Source: Leucoraja ocellata (taxonomy: Eukaryota). Taken from it: a stretch of DNA of 64,000 bases. The notes beneath the pieces were generated by a model that ran no database searches, had not been told where the DNA came from, and saw nothing but the letters and a program-made list of their open reading frames with translations. The DNA lies in the NCBI GenBank assembly GCA_036785375.1, contig JAWMAR010000392.1, positions 1,364,001 through 1,428,000 of the forward strand, written 5' to 3'. Position numbers and translations under genes: made by a program. This document shows, piece after piece, positions 12,075-23,376 of this stretch (position 1 is its first letter; each line of letters begins with the position of its first letter).

Positions 12075-13244
12075 GTAAGTGATTGTAGATCAGCGCATGT
12101 TCCCTTAACCATGAAGAATGACTTGTACAACCGTAGCTATGCATCCCAACTTCCATACTCAATGAAAGACGCAAAGTGCTAAAGCAACTCAGCTGCTCAG
12201 GCAGCATCTCCGTAGAACATGGATAGGTCACATTGTGGGTCGGGACCCATTTCCACACTGAGAAGCCCGACCCACAATGTCACACATTCTTTTTCTCCTG
12301 AGTTAGTCCAGCACGTTGTGTCTATTTTTGATATAACCCAGCTCTTTGTTTTTTCACATTAAGTGTTGGAATAATTCAGCGGGTCAGGCAGCATCTCCCG
12401 GGGAACATGGATATGATCAGCCATGATCATATTGAATGGCGGTGCTGGCTCGAAGGGCCAAATGGCCTCCTCCTGCACCTATTGCCTATTGTCTATTGAC
12501 GTTTTGGATAGGGGCACCTTTTCAGTCTGATGGCCTACTCCTGCACCTATTTTTCTATGTTTATATGTTTCTATGATAGGCGACATGGAATTCTCTGCCT
12601 CAGAGGGCGGTGGAGGCAGGTTCTCTGGATGCTTTCAAGAGAGAGCTAGATAGGGCTCTTAAAAATAGTGGAGTCAGGGGATATGGGGAGGATGCAGGAA
12701 CGGGGTACTGATTGGGGATGATCAGCCATGATCACATTAAATGGCGGTGCTGGCTCGAAGGGCCAAATGGCCTCCTCCTGCACCTATTGCCTATTGTCTA
12801 TTGACGTTTTGGATAGGGGCACCTTTTCAGTCTGAGGATGGATCCCAACCATGAACTTCGTCTAGCGTCTGAAGAAGGGACTCAACATAAAACATTGTCT
12901 TTCCTTGTTCTCCAGAGATGCTGCCTGACCCATTCAGTTATCCAATACTTTGTGTCATTTTTTTTTGGAAACCAGAATCTGCAGTTCTTTTTTTGTAAAC
13001 CAGCATGCGCAGTTCCTCCGTAGTAAATGCCCCTACAGATGAAAGTCAAAAGCCTTCTTCACCACCGTGAAAACAGTGGTAACTCAGTGGGGCAGGCAGC
13101 ATCTCTGTAGAGAAGGAATGGGTGACCTTTTGGGTCTAGACCCATCTTCAGACGAGTCCCTGGAAAGGGAAATGAGAGATCTAGACAATGATGTAGAGAG
13201 ATATGGAACAAATGAACAAAAGATACGCGACAAAGTAACAATCA

Positions 13245-13910
13245 TGTACAATTTTAACATTACATCCCAGCTTCTATACTTTATAAATCAGAGCATTGAG
13301 TATAGAAGCTGGGATGTAATGTTAAAATTGTACAAGGCATTGGTGAGACCAAATCTGGAGTATGGTGTACAATTTTGGTCGCCCAATTATAGGAAGGATG
13401 TCAACAAAATAGAGAGAGTACAGAGGAGATTTACTAGAATGTTGCCTGGGTTTCAACAACTAAGTTACAGAGATAGGTTGAATAAGTTAGGTCTTTATTC
13501 TCTGGAGCGCAGAAGGTTAAGGGGGGACCTGATAGAGGTCTTTAAAATGATGAGAGGGATAGACAGAGTTGATGTGGACAAGCTTTTCCCTTTGAGAATA
13601 GGGAAGATTCAAACAAGAGGACATGACTTCAGAATTAAGGGACAGAAGTTTAGGGGTAATGTGAGGGGGAACTTCTTTACGCAGAGAGTGGTGGCGGTGT
13701 GGAATGAGCTTCCAGTGGAAGTGGTGGAGGCAGGTTCATTGGTATCATTTAAAAATAAATTGGATAGGCATATGGATGAGAAGGGAATGGAGGGTTATGG
13801 TATGAGTGCAGGCAGGTGGGACTAAGGGGAAACAAAAATTTGTTCGGCATGGACTTGTAGGGCCGAGATGGCCTGTTTCCGTGCTGTAATGGTTATATGG
13901 TTATATGGTT
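13245..13910 (+). mobile_element. CR1-A1 copy with 36-bp 5' inversion
   Basis: CR1 part of ORF 13067-13825; 13245-13280 is the reverse complement of 13299-13334. Confidence 0.93.
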
Positions 13911-15771
13911 AATCATAAAGGACACAGGCCATTGTTAGCTCTTTGCTGGGTGAAAACGAGAAGCTGGTGCAACTTGGGTGGGGGAGGGATGAGAGAGAGG
14001 GAATGCCGGGGTTACTTGCAGTTATATAAATCAATATTCATACTAGGGTATGAATGTCACCCGATCCTTCTCTCCAGAGATCCTGCCTGTCTCGCTGAGT
14101 TACTCCAGCTTTTTGTGTCTATCTTCGGTTTAAACGAGCACCTACAGTTCCGTCCTACATGTGACAACCTCTGATGCCACTTTCAGGGAACTGTATATCC
14201 GTTCTCTTAGTTCCCTATGCTCTACCACTCTCCTCAGGGTCCTACCGTGTGAAAGTGCTGCCCTTGTTCGACTTCTCAAAATACAAGTCTGCGGACTTGT
14301 CTGAATTAAACTCCATTTGCCAATCCTCGGCCCATCTGCCCAGCTGATTAGGATCACACTGTAATTCTTGATAACCAAAAGATTATTTTTTAAAAATGCA
14401 ATAGGAAACTGAGGGGCAACTTTTTTACACAAGGGGTGGTTGGCATATGGTACGAGCTGCTGGTGGAGGTAGTTGAGGCAGGTACTATCACAACATTTAA
14501 CAAGCATTTAGACAGGCACATGACTAGGACAGGTTTAGAGGGATATGGGCCAAATGCAGACAGGTGGGACTAGTGTGATGGGGTGGGTTGGTCTGCATAG
14601 GGAAAATTCGGCTGATGGGCCTGTTTCCACATTGTATGAGTCTCTGACTCTAATCATCTTCCCTCTCTACAATACAACTACTTTAGTGTCATCTGCAAAC
14701 TTACTAGCCATGACTTGTACATTCTCATCCAATTTATAGGAAGGAACTGCAGATGCTGGTTTAAACTGAAGATAGACACAAAATGCTGCTCGGCTGGACA
14801 GGCAACATCTCTGGATAGACAATAAACAAAAAAAATAGACAATAGACAATAGACTTTCGGCCCTTCGAGGCTATACCGCCATTCAATGTGATTATGGCTG
14901 ATCATCCCCAATCAGTACCCCATTCCTGCCTTCTCCCCATATCCCCTGACTCCGCTATTTTAAGAGCCCTATCTAGCTCTCTCTTGAAAGCATGCAGAGA
15001 ACCGGCCTCCACCGCCTTCTGAGGCAGAGAATTCCACAGACTCACCACTCTCTGTGAGAAAAAGTGTTTCTTCATCTCCGTTCTAAATGGCTTACCGTTA
15101 TTCCTAAACCATGGCCCCTGGTTCTGGACTCCCCCTAACATCGGGAACATGCTTCCAGCATCTAACGTGTCCAAACCCTTAACAATAGAAGGAATGTGTG
15201 ATGTTTCGAGTCGAGATCCTTCTTCAGACTCAACCCAAAACGTCACCCATTCCTTCTCTCCAGAGATGCTGCCTGTCCCGCTGGGTTACTCCACCATTAT
15301 ATGTCTACATTTTCATCCAAGTCGTTAATAGAGATCAACATCGGCAATGGGTTCAGCGCGGATCCCTGATGCATACCACTGGTCACGGGCTCCAGTCCAA
15401 ACAACCCAACCTTACATCATCTTCAGATGCTTCCTACCATCAAGTTTATTGTGTATCCAGAGAGAGGGAGAGAGGCCAGGAGGGTGGGATTTAGTTTAGT
15501 GTAGAGATACAGCACGGAAACAGACCCAGGCTGACCATCTATTCACATATTCACAGTAGTTTCTATGTTATGTCATATTCTCATTCACTCGCTACATACC
15601 AGGGACAATTTACAGAGGGGTAATTGACCTACAAACCCGCACGTTTTTCTTGGGATGTGGTGAAAAGCGGGAGCACCGGAGGAAAGCCACGCGGTCACAT
15701 GGAGAATGTTCCACTCCACACACAGACAGGCACCAGAGGTCGGGATTGAACCTGTGTCTCTGGCGCTGTGT

Positions 15772-16481
15772 TAACCATATAACCATATAACAATTACAGC
15801 ACGGAAACAGGCCATCTCGACCCTTCTAGTCCGTGCCGAACACATAATCTTCCCTAGTCCCATATACCTGCGCTCAGACCATAACCCTCCATTCCCTTCC
15901 CATCCATATAACTATCCAATTTATTTTTAAATGATAAAAACGAACCTGCCTCCACCACCTTCACTGGAAGCTCATTCCACACAGCTACCACTCTCTGAGT
16001 AAAGAAGTTCCCCCTCATGTTACCTCTAAACTTCAGTCCCTTAATTCTCATGTCATGTCCCCTTGTTTGAATCTTCCCTACTCTCAGTGGGAAAAGCTTT
16101 TCCACGTCAACTCTGTCTATCCCTCTCATCATTTTAAAAACCTCTATCAAGTCCCCCCTTAACCTTCTGCGCTCCAAAGAATAAAGCCCTAACTTGTTCA
16201 ACCTTTCTCTGTAACTTAGTTGCTGAAACCCAGGCAACATTCTAGTAAATCTCCTCTGTACTCTCTCTATTTTGTTGACATCCTTCCTATAATTAGGCGA
16301 CCAAAATTGTACACCATACTCCAGAATTGGCCTCACCAATGCCTTGTACAATTTTAACATTACATCCCAAGTTCTATACTCAATGCTCTGATTTATAAAG
16401 GCCAGCACACCAAAAGCTTTCTTTACCACCCTATCTACATGAGATTCCACTTTCAGGGAACTGTGCACAGTTATTCCCAGA
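15772..16481 (-). mobile_element. CR1-A2 copy
   Basis: ORF 15854-16555 ending DGKGMEGYGLSAGIWD; family A tail. Confidence 0.95.
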
Positions 16482-16706
16482 TGCAGCAGCTCGACTCGCT
16501 GCGCCACTGTGGCGCCACTGCAGCCTTTGCCCACCCATCCGCCAACCAACCCCACTACCCCGTTTCACCTGTATCCACCCATCACTTGCTCGGCTTTGTC
16601 CCGAAGGCGGGATTGAACCTAGGTCTCTGGTGCTGTGGGGCAGCAACTCTACCAGTTTCGCCACTGTGCCACCTCTGGGTAAGAGACGCTGGGTAAGGGT
16701 TGGGTA

Positions 16707-17300
16707 CATAGAAACATAGAAATTAGGTGCAGGAGTAGGCCATTCGGCCCTTCGAGCCTGCACCGCCATTCAATATGATCATGGCTGATCATCCAACTCA
16801 GTATCCCGTACCTGCCTTCTCTCCATACCCCCTGATCCCCTTAGCCACAAGGGCCACATCTAACTCCCTCTTATATATAGCCAATGAACTGGCCTCAACT
16901 ACCCTCTGTGGCAGAGAGTTCCAGAGATTCACCACTCTCTGTGTGAAAAAAGTTCTTCTCATCTCGGTTTTAAAGGATTTCCCCCTTATTCTTAAGCTGT
17001 GACCCCTGGTCCTGGACTTCCCTAACATCGGGAACAATCTTCCTGCATCTAGCCTGTCCAACCCCTTAAGAATTTTGTAAGTTTCTATAAGATCCCCTCT
17101 CAATCTTCTAAATTCTAGAGAGTATAAACCAAGTCTATCCAGTCTTTCTTCATAAGACAGTCCTGACATCCCAGGAATCAGTCTGGTGAACCGTCTCTGC
17201 ACTCCCTCTATGGCAATAATGTCCTTCCTCAGATTTGGAGACCAAAACTGTACGCAATACTCCAGGTGTGGTCTCACCAAGACCCTGTACAACTGCAGTA
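16707..17300 (-). mobile_element. CR1-B copy
   Basis: ORF 16798-17292; family B tail. Confidence 0.95.
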
Positions 17301-17356
17301 GGCGCTGACTGATAGTTCCTGTCTGCTGATATTACAATGACTTCTTGTTTAACCAG

Positions 17357-17488
17357 ACCAAGGTGGCCGTGTTCCCATATGGCTAGTGATCCCGGCTATC
17401 CTGCTGCTTCTGTGCACACTGGGGGTTGTTTTCTACTTGTGGAAGAATGGTTCGGGAGTGGTGAAAGGCTGCTGCTCGTTTGGCAAGG
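17357..17488 (+). CDS. MHC class I connecting peptide/transmembrane exon (DQGGRVPIWLVIPAILLLLCTLGVVFYLWKNGSGVVKGCCSFGK)
   Basis: Acceptor cttcttgtttaaccag, donor G|GTAAGA, 132 nt, phase 1-1. About 22 hydrophobic residues followed by K. Lies in a unique island between repeats and is absent from the ORF track. Confidence 0.9.
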
Positions 17489-17682
17489 GTAAGACCGCAT
17501 TGCACCATCTGTTTTGCATGCAACAGCCGCTCGCATTTGTTAACCTCAAGCACTTGGTTTAGTTTAGACATACACCAATGTAACAGGCCCTTCGGCCCAC
17601 CAAGTCCATGCTGACCATCGATCACCCATTCATACTAGGTGTATGTTATCCCATTTCTCATCTACTCCCTACACACTAGGGA

Positions 17683-18547
17683 TAGGTATGTTACAAAACC
17701 TACCTGAATCGTCATTGGGAATCTGCCCTCAGCCAGGTCCGCGATTTTGGCGCTGTTTGGAGGGGGCGGGTTTAAAACGCGATTTTTACTAGGCTGTACT
17801 AATCGCAGATGTTCAGCCTAGTAAATCATTAACGAAAAATCGCTGCAAGACCCGGTCGCAAAAGGTATTATTAGTTTTATAGGCCTCGATAATATAGTTA
17901 TAATAATTTTAAAATTACTGTCTCATTCCGCAACCTCTCGCAGCCCCAGGGTTTTATAAAGCAAACAATTAAAGGTATGTACCTTATTTTTACATTAAAT
18001 GGGGCATATATATAACCCTGTATATCAAGTTATCTATAGCGAGTAGTTCATTTTGGGCTTTTTATATCCCGCAGTATTTTTCTCGGCATTTGAGGGCACT
18101 AATCCAGCGCGATGTCAACGTTCTAAACCAGCGCGTTCCACATGAACCCACTAGAAAGCCGATTTAAAATGGGCATTTATTTACAGCAATTGAACACTAA
18201 ATTCCTTCCATTTGGCCTATAAATTAATGTAAATTAGATATAAAAATCATGTTATATTGTGAATTATTTGTGAATAATCTTTGGACACTTGGGCTATTTA
18301 AAAATGTTAATCTTTCCTTAAGAAATGGGCTTTTGACTATCCAAGATCACAGCTTTTTTGTAATGTCCATTGAAAATCAATAGAGAAACAAGATGCTAAT
18401 TTCCGAGTATGAAAATGGCCATAACTTTTTTAATACTTGAGATATGAAAGTGAATTTGGTGTCAAATTAAACTTATTGTTATGCTTTATCTGATGGGATA
18501 AATTGCAGACTTGATTTTTAAAATCTCAAAATTTTGTAACATTGCTA
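17683..18547. mobile_element. Non-autonomous TIR DNA transposon, 865 bp (copy 1)
   Basis: TIRs TAGGTATGTTACAAAA / TTTTGTAACATTGCTA; flanks CTAGGGA/CTAGGGG; near-identical copy at 44722-45580. Confidence 0.88.
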
Positions 18548-18844
18548 CTAGGGGGGGGGGGGGGGGGGGAATTTACAGAGGGACAGTTAACCTGCAGATC
18601 CGCACATCTTTGGGAAGTTGGAGGAAACCGGAGCACACAGAGCAAACCCACGCGGTCATAGGGAGAACATGCAAACTCTGCACACGCAGACTGCACCCGT
18701 GGTCAGGATCGAACCCGTGTCTCTGGCACTGTGAGACAGCAGCTCTACCCGCTGCACCACTGTGCTGCCCCAGCACAAAGTAAAACAAATATTCTTAAAT
18801 ACACTGAAAATTAAACGACTATATTACAATCCTTGTCAAGGATG

Positions 18845-19180
18845 CATTAACCCCACCCGGGCACGGACGTAACTCCGTAAAAGGGGCGGGCAGCCGGCTC
18901 GGGCAGAGTCCTCCACCGCCTGGCACCGTGACTGGCGGATGGATGCCCAGCCAACACAACCAGGACATCGTCAGCCGACCCTCTCCCCTATACACAGGGT
19001 GCCCAAAGATGAGGGTGGTGGGTGTGGAGTGCAGCCAGAAGGCAAAGGAGCAGCCCCTTTAGATATTGGAACAGGGGCTGCAACCTCACACACTGCACAG
19101 ACATGTGGAACTTAGACTCATCCAGCTGTTGTATGGGACTCCTTGGTTCACTCAGTTCTCCGTGCAGTCGTGTAGTGCTC
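18845..19180 (-). mobile_element. Degenerate Tx1-like (L1 clade) ORF2 C-terminal fragment
   Basis: Minus translation LDESKFHMSVQCVRLQPLFQYLKGLL, then after a frameshift FWLHSTPTTLIFGHPV, resembling the Tx1 zinc-knuckle region. Confidence 0.65.
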
Positions 19181-19243
19181 TCTTGGTTCTCTGTGCAACA
19201 ATTCAGCACTTGATCAGTTCCCTCATTCCATCAGTGCAGCACT

Positions 19244-20046
19244 ATATAATATAACCATATAACAATTACAGCACGGAAACAGGCCATCTCGACCCTTCTA
19301 GTCCGTGCCAAACACATAATCTCCCCTAGTCCCATATACCTGCGCTCAGACCATAACCCTCCATTCCCTTCCCATCCATATAACTATCCAATTTATTTTT
19401 AAATGATAAAAACGAACCTGCCTCCACCACCTTCACCGGAAGCTCATTCCACACAGCTACCACTCTCTGAGTAAAGAAGTTCCCCCTCATGTTACCCCTA
19501 AACTTCAGTCCCTTAATTCTCATGTCATGTCCCCTTGTTTGAATCTTCCCTACTCTCAGTGGGAAAAGCTTTTCCACGTCAACTCTGTCTATCCCTCTCA
19601 TCATTTAAAAAACCTCTATCAAGTCCCCCCTTAACCTTCTGCACTCCAAAGAATAAAGCCCTAACTTGTTCAACCTTTCTCTGTAACTTAGTTGCTGAAA
19701 CCCAGGCAACATTCTAGTAAATCTCCTCTGTACTCTCTCTATTTTGTTGACATCGTTCTTATAATTAGGCGACCAAAACTGTACACCATACTCCAGAATT
19801 GACCTCACCAATGCCTTGTACAATTTTAACATTACATCCCAACTTCTATACTCAATGCCCTGATTTATAAAGGCCAGCATACCAAAAGCTTTCTTTACCA
19901 CCCTATCTACATGAGATTCCACTTTCAGGGAACTGTGCACAGTTATTCCCAGATCCCTCTGTTCACCTACATTCTTCAATTCCCTACCATTTACCATGTA
20001 CGTCCTATTTTGATTTGTCCTGCCAAGATGTAGCACCTCACACTTA
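19244..20046 (-). mobile_element. CR1-A2 copy
   Basis: ORFs 19326-19604 and 19605-20036, split by a 1-nt indel. Confidence 0.95.
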
Positions 20047-20048
20047 CA

Positions 20049-20180
20049 CTCCCTCTGTTCCCTATGCTACAGTGCAGCGCTCCCTCTGTTCCCTATGCAT
20101 CAGTGCAGCACTCCCTCCGTTCCCTATGCTACAGTGCAGCGCTCCCCCTGTTCCCTATGCATCAGTGCAGTGTTCCCTCT
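20049..20180. repeat. 31-bp minisatellite, about 4.2 units, alternating variants
   Basis: CTCCCTCTGTTCCCTATGC(TA/AT)CAGTGCAGCR. Confidence 0.9.
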
Positions 20181-20866
20181 CTCCAATATCTCCAGCTGCG
20201 GTCTAATCTCAAGGAAGAATTGTCCCAGAATATGATAGAAATTTAGAAATTAGGTGCAGGAGTAGGCCATTCGGCCCTTCGAGCCTGCACCGCCACTCAA
20301 TATGATCATGGCTGATCATCCAACTCAGTATCCCTGTACCTGCCTTCTCTCCATCCCCTTAGCCACAAGGGCCACATCCAACTCCCTCTTAAATATAGCC
20401 AATGAACTGGCCTCGACTACCCTCTGTGGCAGAGAGTTCCAGAGATTCACCACTCTCTGTGTGCAAAAAGTTCTTCTCATCTCGGTTTTAAAGGATTTCC
20501 CCCTTATCCTTAAGCTGTGACCCCTTGTCCTGGACTTCCCCAACATCGGGAACAATCTTCCTGCATCTAGCCTGTCCTACCCCTTAAGAATTTTGTACGT
20601 TTCTATAAGATCCCCCCTCAATCTCCTAAATTCTAGAGAGTATAAACCAAGTCTATCCAGTCTTTCTTCATAAGACAGTCCTGCCATCCCAGGGATCAGT
20701 CTGGTGAACCTTCTCTGCGCTCCCTCTATGGCAATAATGTCCTTCCTCAGATTTGGAGACCAAAACTGTACGCAATGTGTTTGTGTTCAGTTTGATGCGG
20801 AGCCGATGGCAGTGTTTCCGCAGTGACATTTCTCAGCAGCTGACTTGTGCCTTTTCATTTGTTTAG

Positions 20867-20896
20867 GATCCAGTGAGATTAACTCTTCCTCATCAG
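20867..20896 (+). CDS. Short cytoplasmic exon (GSSEINSSSS)
   Basis: Acceptor cttttcatttgtttag, donor CAG|GTAAGT, 30 nt, phase 1-1, Ser-rich like class I tail exons. Confidence 0.82.
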
Positions 20897-21058
20897 GTAA
20901 GTAACATTGTACGGGCTTGTTGGACTAGGGCAGTTGCTAAATTCAGCTCCTGGCATGGATCACAATAATGGAACAGAGCACATGAATGTGCCCTTCAACC
21001 CACAGTGTCTGTGCCCGAACATGATGCCATGACCATCACTTATCTGCCTGCCCATAAT

Positions 21059-21745
21059 CCATATAACCATATAACCATATAACAATTACAGCACGGAAAC
21101 AGGCCATCTCGGCCCTACAAGTCCATGCCGAACAAATTTTTTTCCCCTTAGTCCCACCTGCCTGCACTCGTACCATAACCCTCCATTCCCTTCTCATCCA
21201 TATGCCTATCCAATTTATTTTTAAATGATACCAATGAACCTGCCTCCACCACTTCCACTGGGAGCTCATTCACACCGCCACCACTCTCTGCGTAAAGAAG
21301 TTCCCCCTCATATTACCCCTAAACTTCTGTCCCTTAATTCTCAAGTCATGTCCTCTTGTTTGAATCTTCCCTATTCTCAAAGGGAAAAGCTTGTCCACAT
21401 CAACTCTGTCTATCCCTCTCATCATTTTAAAGACCTCTATCAGGTCCCCCCTTAACCTTCTGCGCTCCAGAGAATAAAGACCTAACTTATTCAACCTATC
21501 TCTGTAACTTAGTTGTTGAAACCCAGGCAACATTCTAGTAAATCTCCTCTGTACTCTCTCTATTTTGTTGACATCCTTCCTATAATTGGGCGACCAAAAT
21601 TGTACACCATACTCCAGATTTGGTCTCACCAATGCCTTGTACAATTTTAACATTACATCCCAGCTTCTATAGCGAGGAAGGGTCCTTATGAGGAAGGGTC
21701 CCGACGTTGCTGATCTATTTCCCAGGCAACATTCTAGTAAATCTA
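21059..21745 (-). mobile_element. CR1-A1 copy with composite 5' junction
   Basis: CR1 body to 21670, then about 50 nt identical to 3605-3653, then a CR1-internal piece. Confidence 0.9.
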
Positions 21746-22289
21746 CATATCCATAATCCATATCCCTCCATTCCTATTGTATCCATATACCTATCCAAAA
21801 ACCTTTGAAATGCCACTTTCCTATCTGCTTTAACCACCTTGGCCGTTTGTTCTAGGCAGTCACCCCCCCTTGTGTGAGGTGGGTTGAGGGGAGGGTGGGG
21901 AATGTGGTGGTGGGGAGAGAGAAGGACGTGGGACGGTGTTTAGTTTTGGGATACAGCATGGAAACTGACTCTTCAGCCCACCGGGTCCACACCAGCCATC
22001 GTGCACATGTTCACTAGTTCAACGTCACCCCACTTTTGCACCCACCCCCTGACACCAGGGTCAATTAGCCTACAAACCTTCGGGATGTGGGAGGAAACCA
22101 GGACAGCCAGAGGAAACCCACCTGGTCGCAGGGAGAACGTGCAAACTCCACACACGCAGCACCCGAGGTCAGGATGGAACCTGGGTCTCTGTCACTGTGA
22201 GGGAGCAGGTCCACCCACTGCGCCAACTGTGCTGTCTGATCATACATCTTCCCTGGAATTTCCACTCACCTTGTTACTCTCCATCTTAG

Positions 22290-22411
22290 GTTCCACCAGC
22301 AGTCAGTCTTTGCAGAAGGATGTAACAGCAGGAGGAGTTGACACGAACGACAAAGAGAAAATGCTTCCCAAGTCAGACTCCCCAATCATGAAGTCTGACT
22401 GCCCAGTCTGA
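22290..22411 (+). CDS. Terminal cytoplasmic exon (GSTSSQSLQKDVTAGGVDTNDKEKMLPKSDSPIMKSDCPV*)
   Basis: Acceptor ttactctccatcttag, in phase with the previous exon, open to TGA at 22409-22411. Confidence 0.75.
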
Positions 22412-22500
22412 AGAAGGGTCTCGACCCCGAAACGTCATCCATTCCTTCTCTCCAGCGATGCTGCCTGCCCCACTGAGTTACTCCAGCATTTTGTGTCTGT
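22404..22500 (+). ncRNA. Penelope-derived repeat with hammerhead motif overlapping the class I stop codon
   Basis: CTGAAGA at 22408-22414 contains the TGA at 22409-22411; GGGT-CTCG-ACCC-C-GAAACGTC runs to 22436. Confidence 0.7.
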
Positions 22501-22528
22501 CCCCAATCATGGACCCTGTTCGAGTGGA

Positions 22529-23376
22529 CAAGATACAAGATACAAGATACAATTTAATTGTCATTTGGACCCCTTGAGGTCCAAACGAAATGCCGTTTCT
22601 GCAGCCATACATTACATTACAACAAATAGACCCAAGACACAACATAATTTACATAAACATCCATCACATCGCTGTGATGGAAGGCCAAAAAAACCTATCT
22701 CTCCACTACACTCCCCCCCGCCCCCCCCCCCCATCTCAGAGTCAAAGTCAAAGCCCCCGGCTGGCGATGGCGATTGTCCCGCGGCCATTAAAGCCACGCC
22801 GGGTGGTGCGAGGTCGCACACCGGGTCTTGGTGTTAGAGCCCCCGGCGTGTGCTCGCAGAGTCCCGCAGCCATTCCAAGCCGCGCGGGGCGGTGCTGTCA
22901 GGCCCCGCTCCAGGAGCTCTTCAACCCCGCAACTCGGGCGGGGGAAGTCGCCGTTGCGAGAGCCCTGAAAAGCGGTCTCCCTCCAGGGACCCGCGGGCTC
23001 CCGGTGCCGCCGTCCACCAGACCCGCAGTTGAAGCCACCGACTCTCCGGAGGTCGGGCCGCAGCAGCAGCAGCGCTCCTCCACCGCTCCACCCGCTCCGG
23101 ACTCGGCCAGCTCCGTGACGGTGAGTCGTCGGCACCAGAGTCCCCGGTCTCTTCCTGTTGGAGGCCGCTCCTCGTTGCAGCCCCAACGATAACGGAGACA
23201 GACAAGAAAAGGTCGGGTCTCCCGTGCAGGGAGAGATTTAAAAAGTTTCCCCCTCCCTCCCACACACACATCCCAACAAAAAATAACAAAAACTACATAG
23301 AAACATAGACAGAAAATAATAAAAACGCGGACGGGCTGCAGAGGCCGCTGCTGACGAGAGTCGCGCCGCCTACCGG
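22529..23376 (-). mobile_element. GC/CpG-rich non-coding retroelement with (TATCTTG)n tail; second copy at 50856-51482 (+)
   Basis: Two highly similar copies; 3' hairpin plus GACAATTAAA plus microsatellite as in Rex1/Babar ends; no recognisable protein. Confidence 0.8.

Larger units (their letters stand above)
1..22411 (+). other. Gene model, 5'-partial: MHC class I heavy chain (lineage not assigned). Exons <1-100, 2436-2711, 11798-12074, 17357-17488, 20867-20896, 22290-22411
   Basis: Six exons in class I order (alpha1, alpha2, alpha3, TM, cyt, cyt) with GT/AG sites. They join in phase 1 once one extra nt in alpha3 is removed. The leader and most of alpha1 lie upstream of the window. Confidence 0.92.

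Noticed and set aside
20049-20180. 31-bp repeats as a CRISPR-like array
   Set aside because: Head-to-tail minisatellite without spacers, in eukaryotic DNA.
22590-23289. Overlapping long ORFs on both strands (also 50821-51499, 53847-54486)
   Set aside because: Stop-codon scarcity in GC-rich repeats; frames are not preserved between copies.
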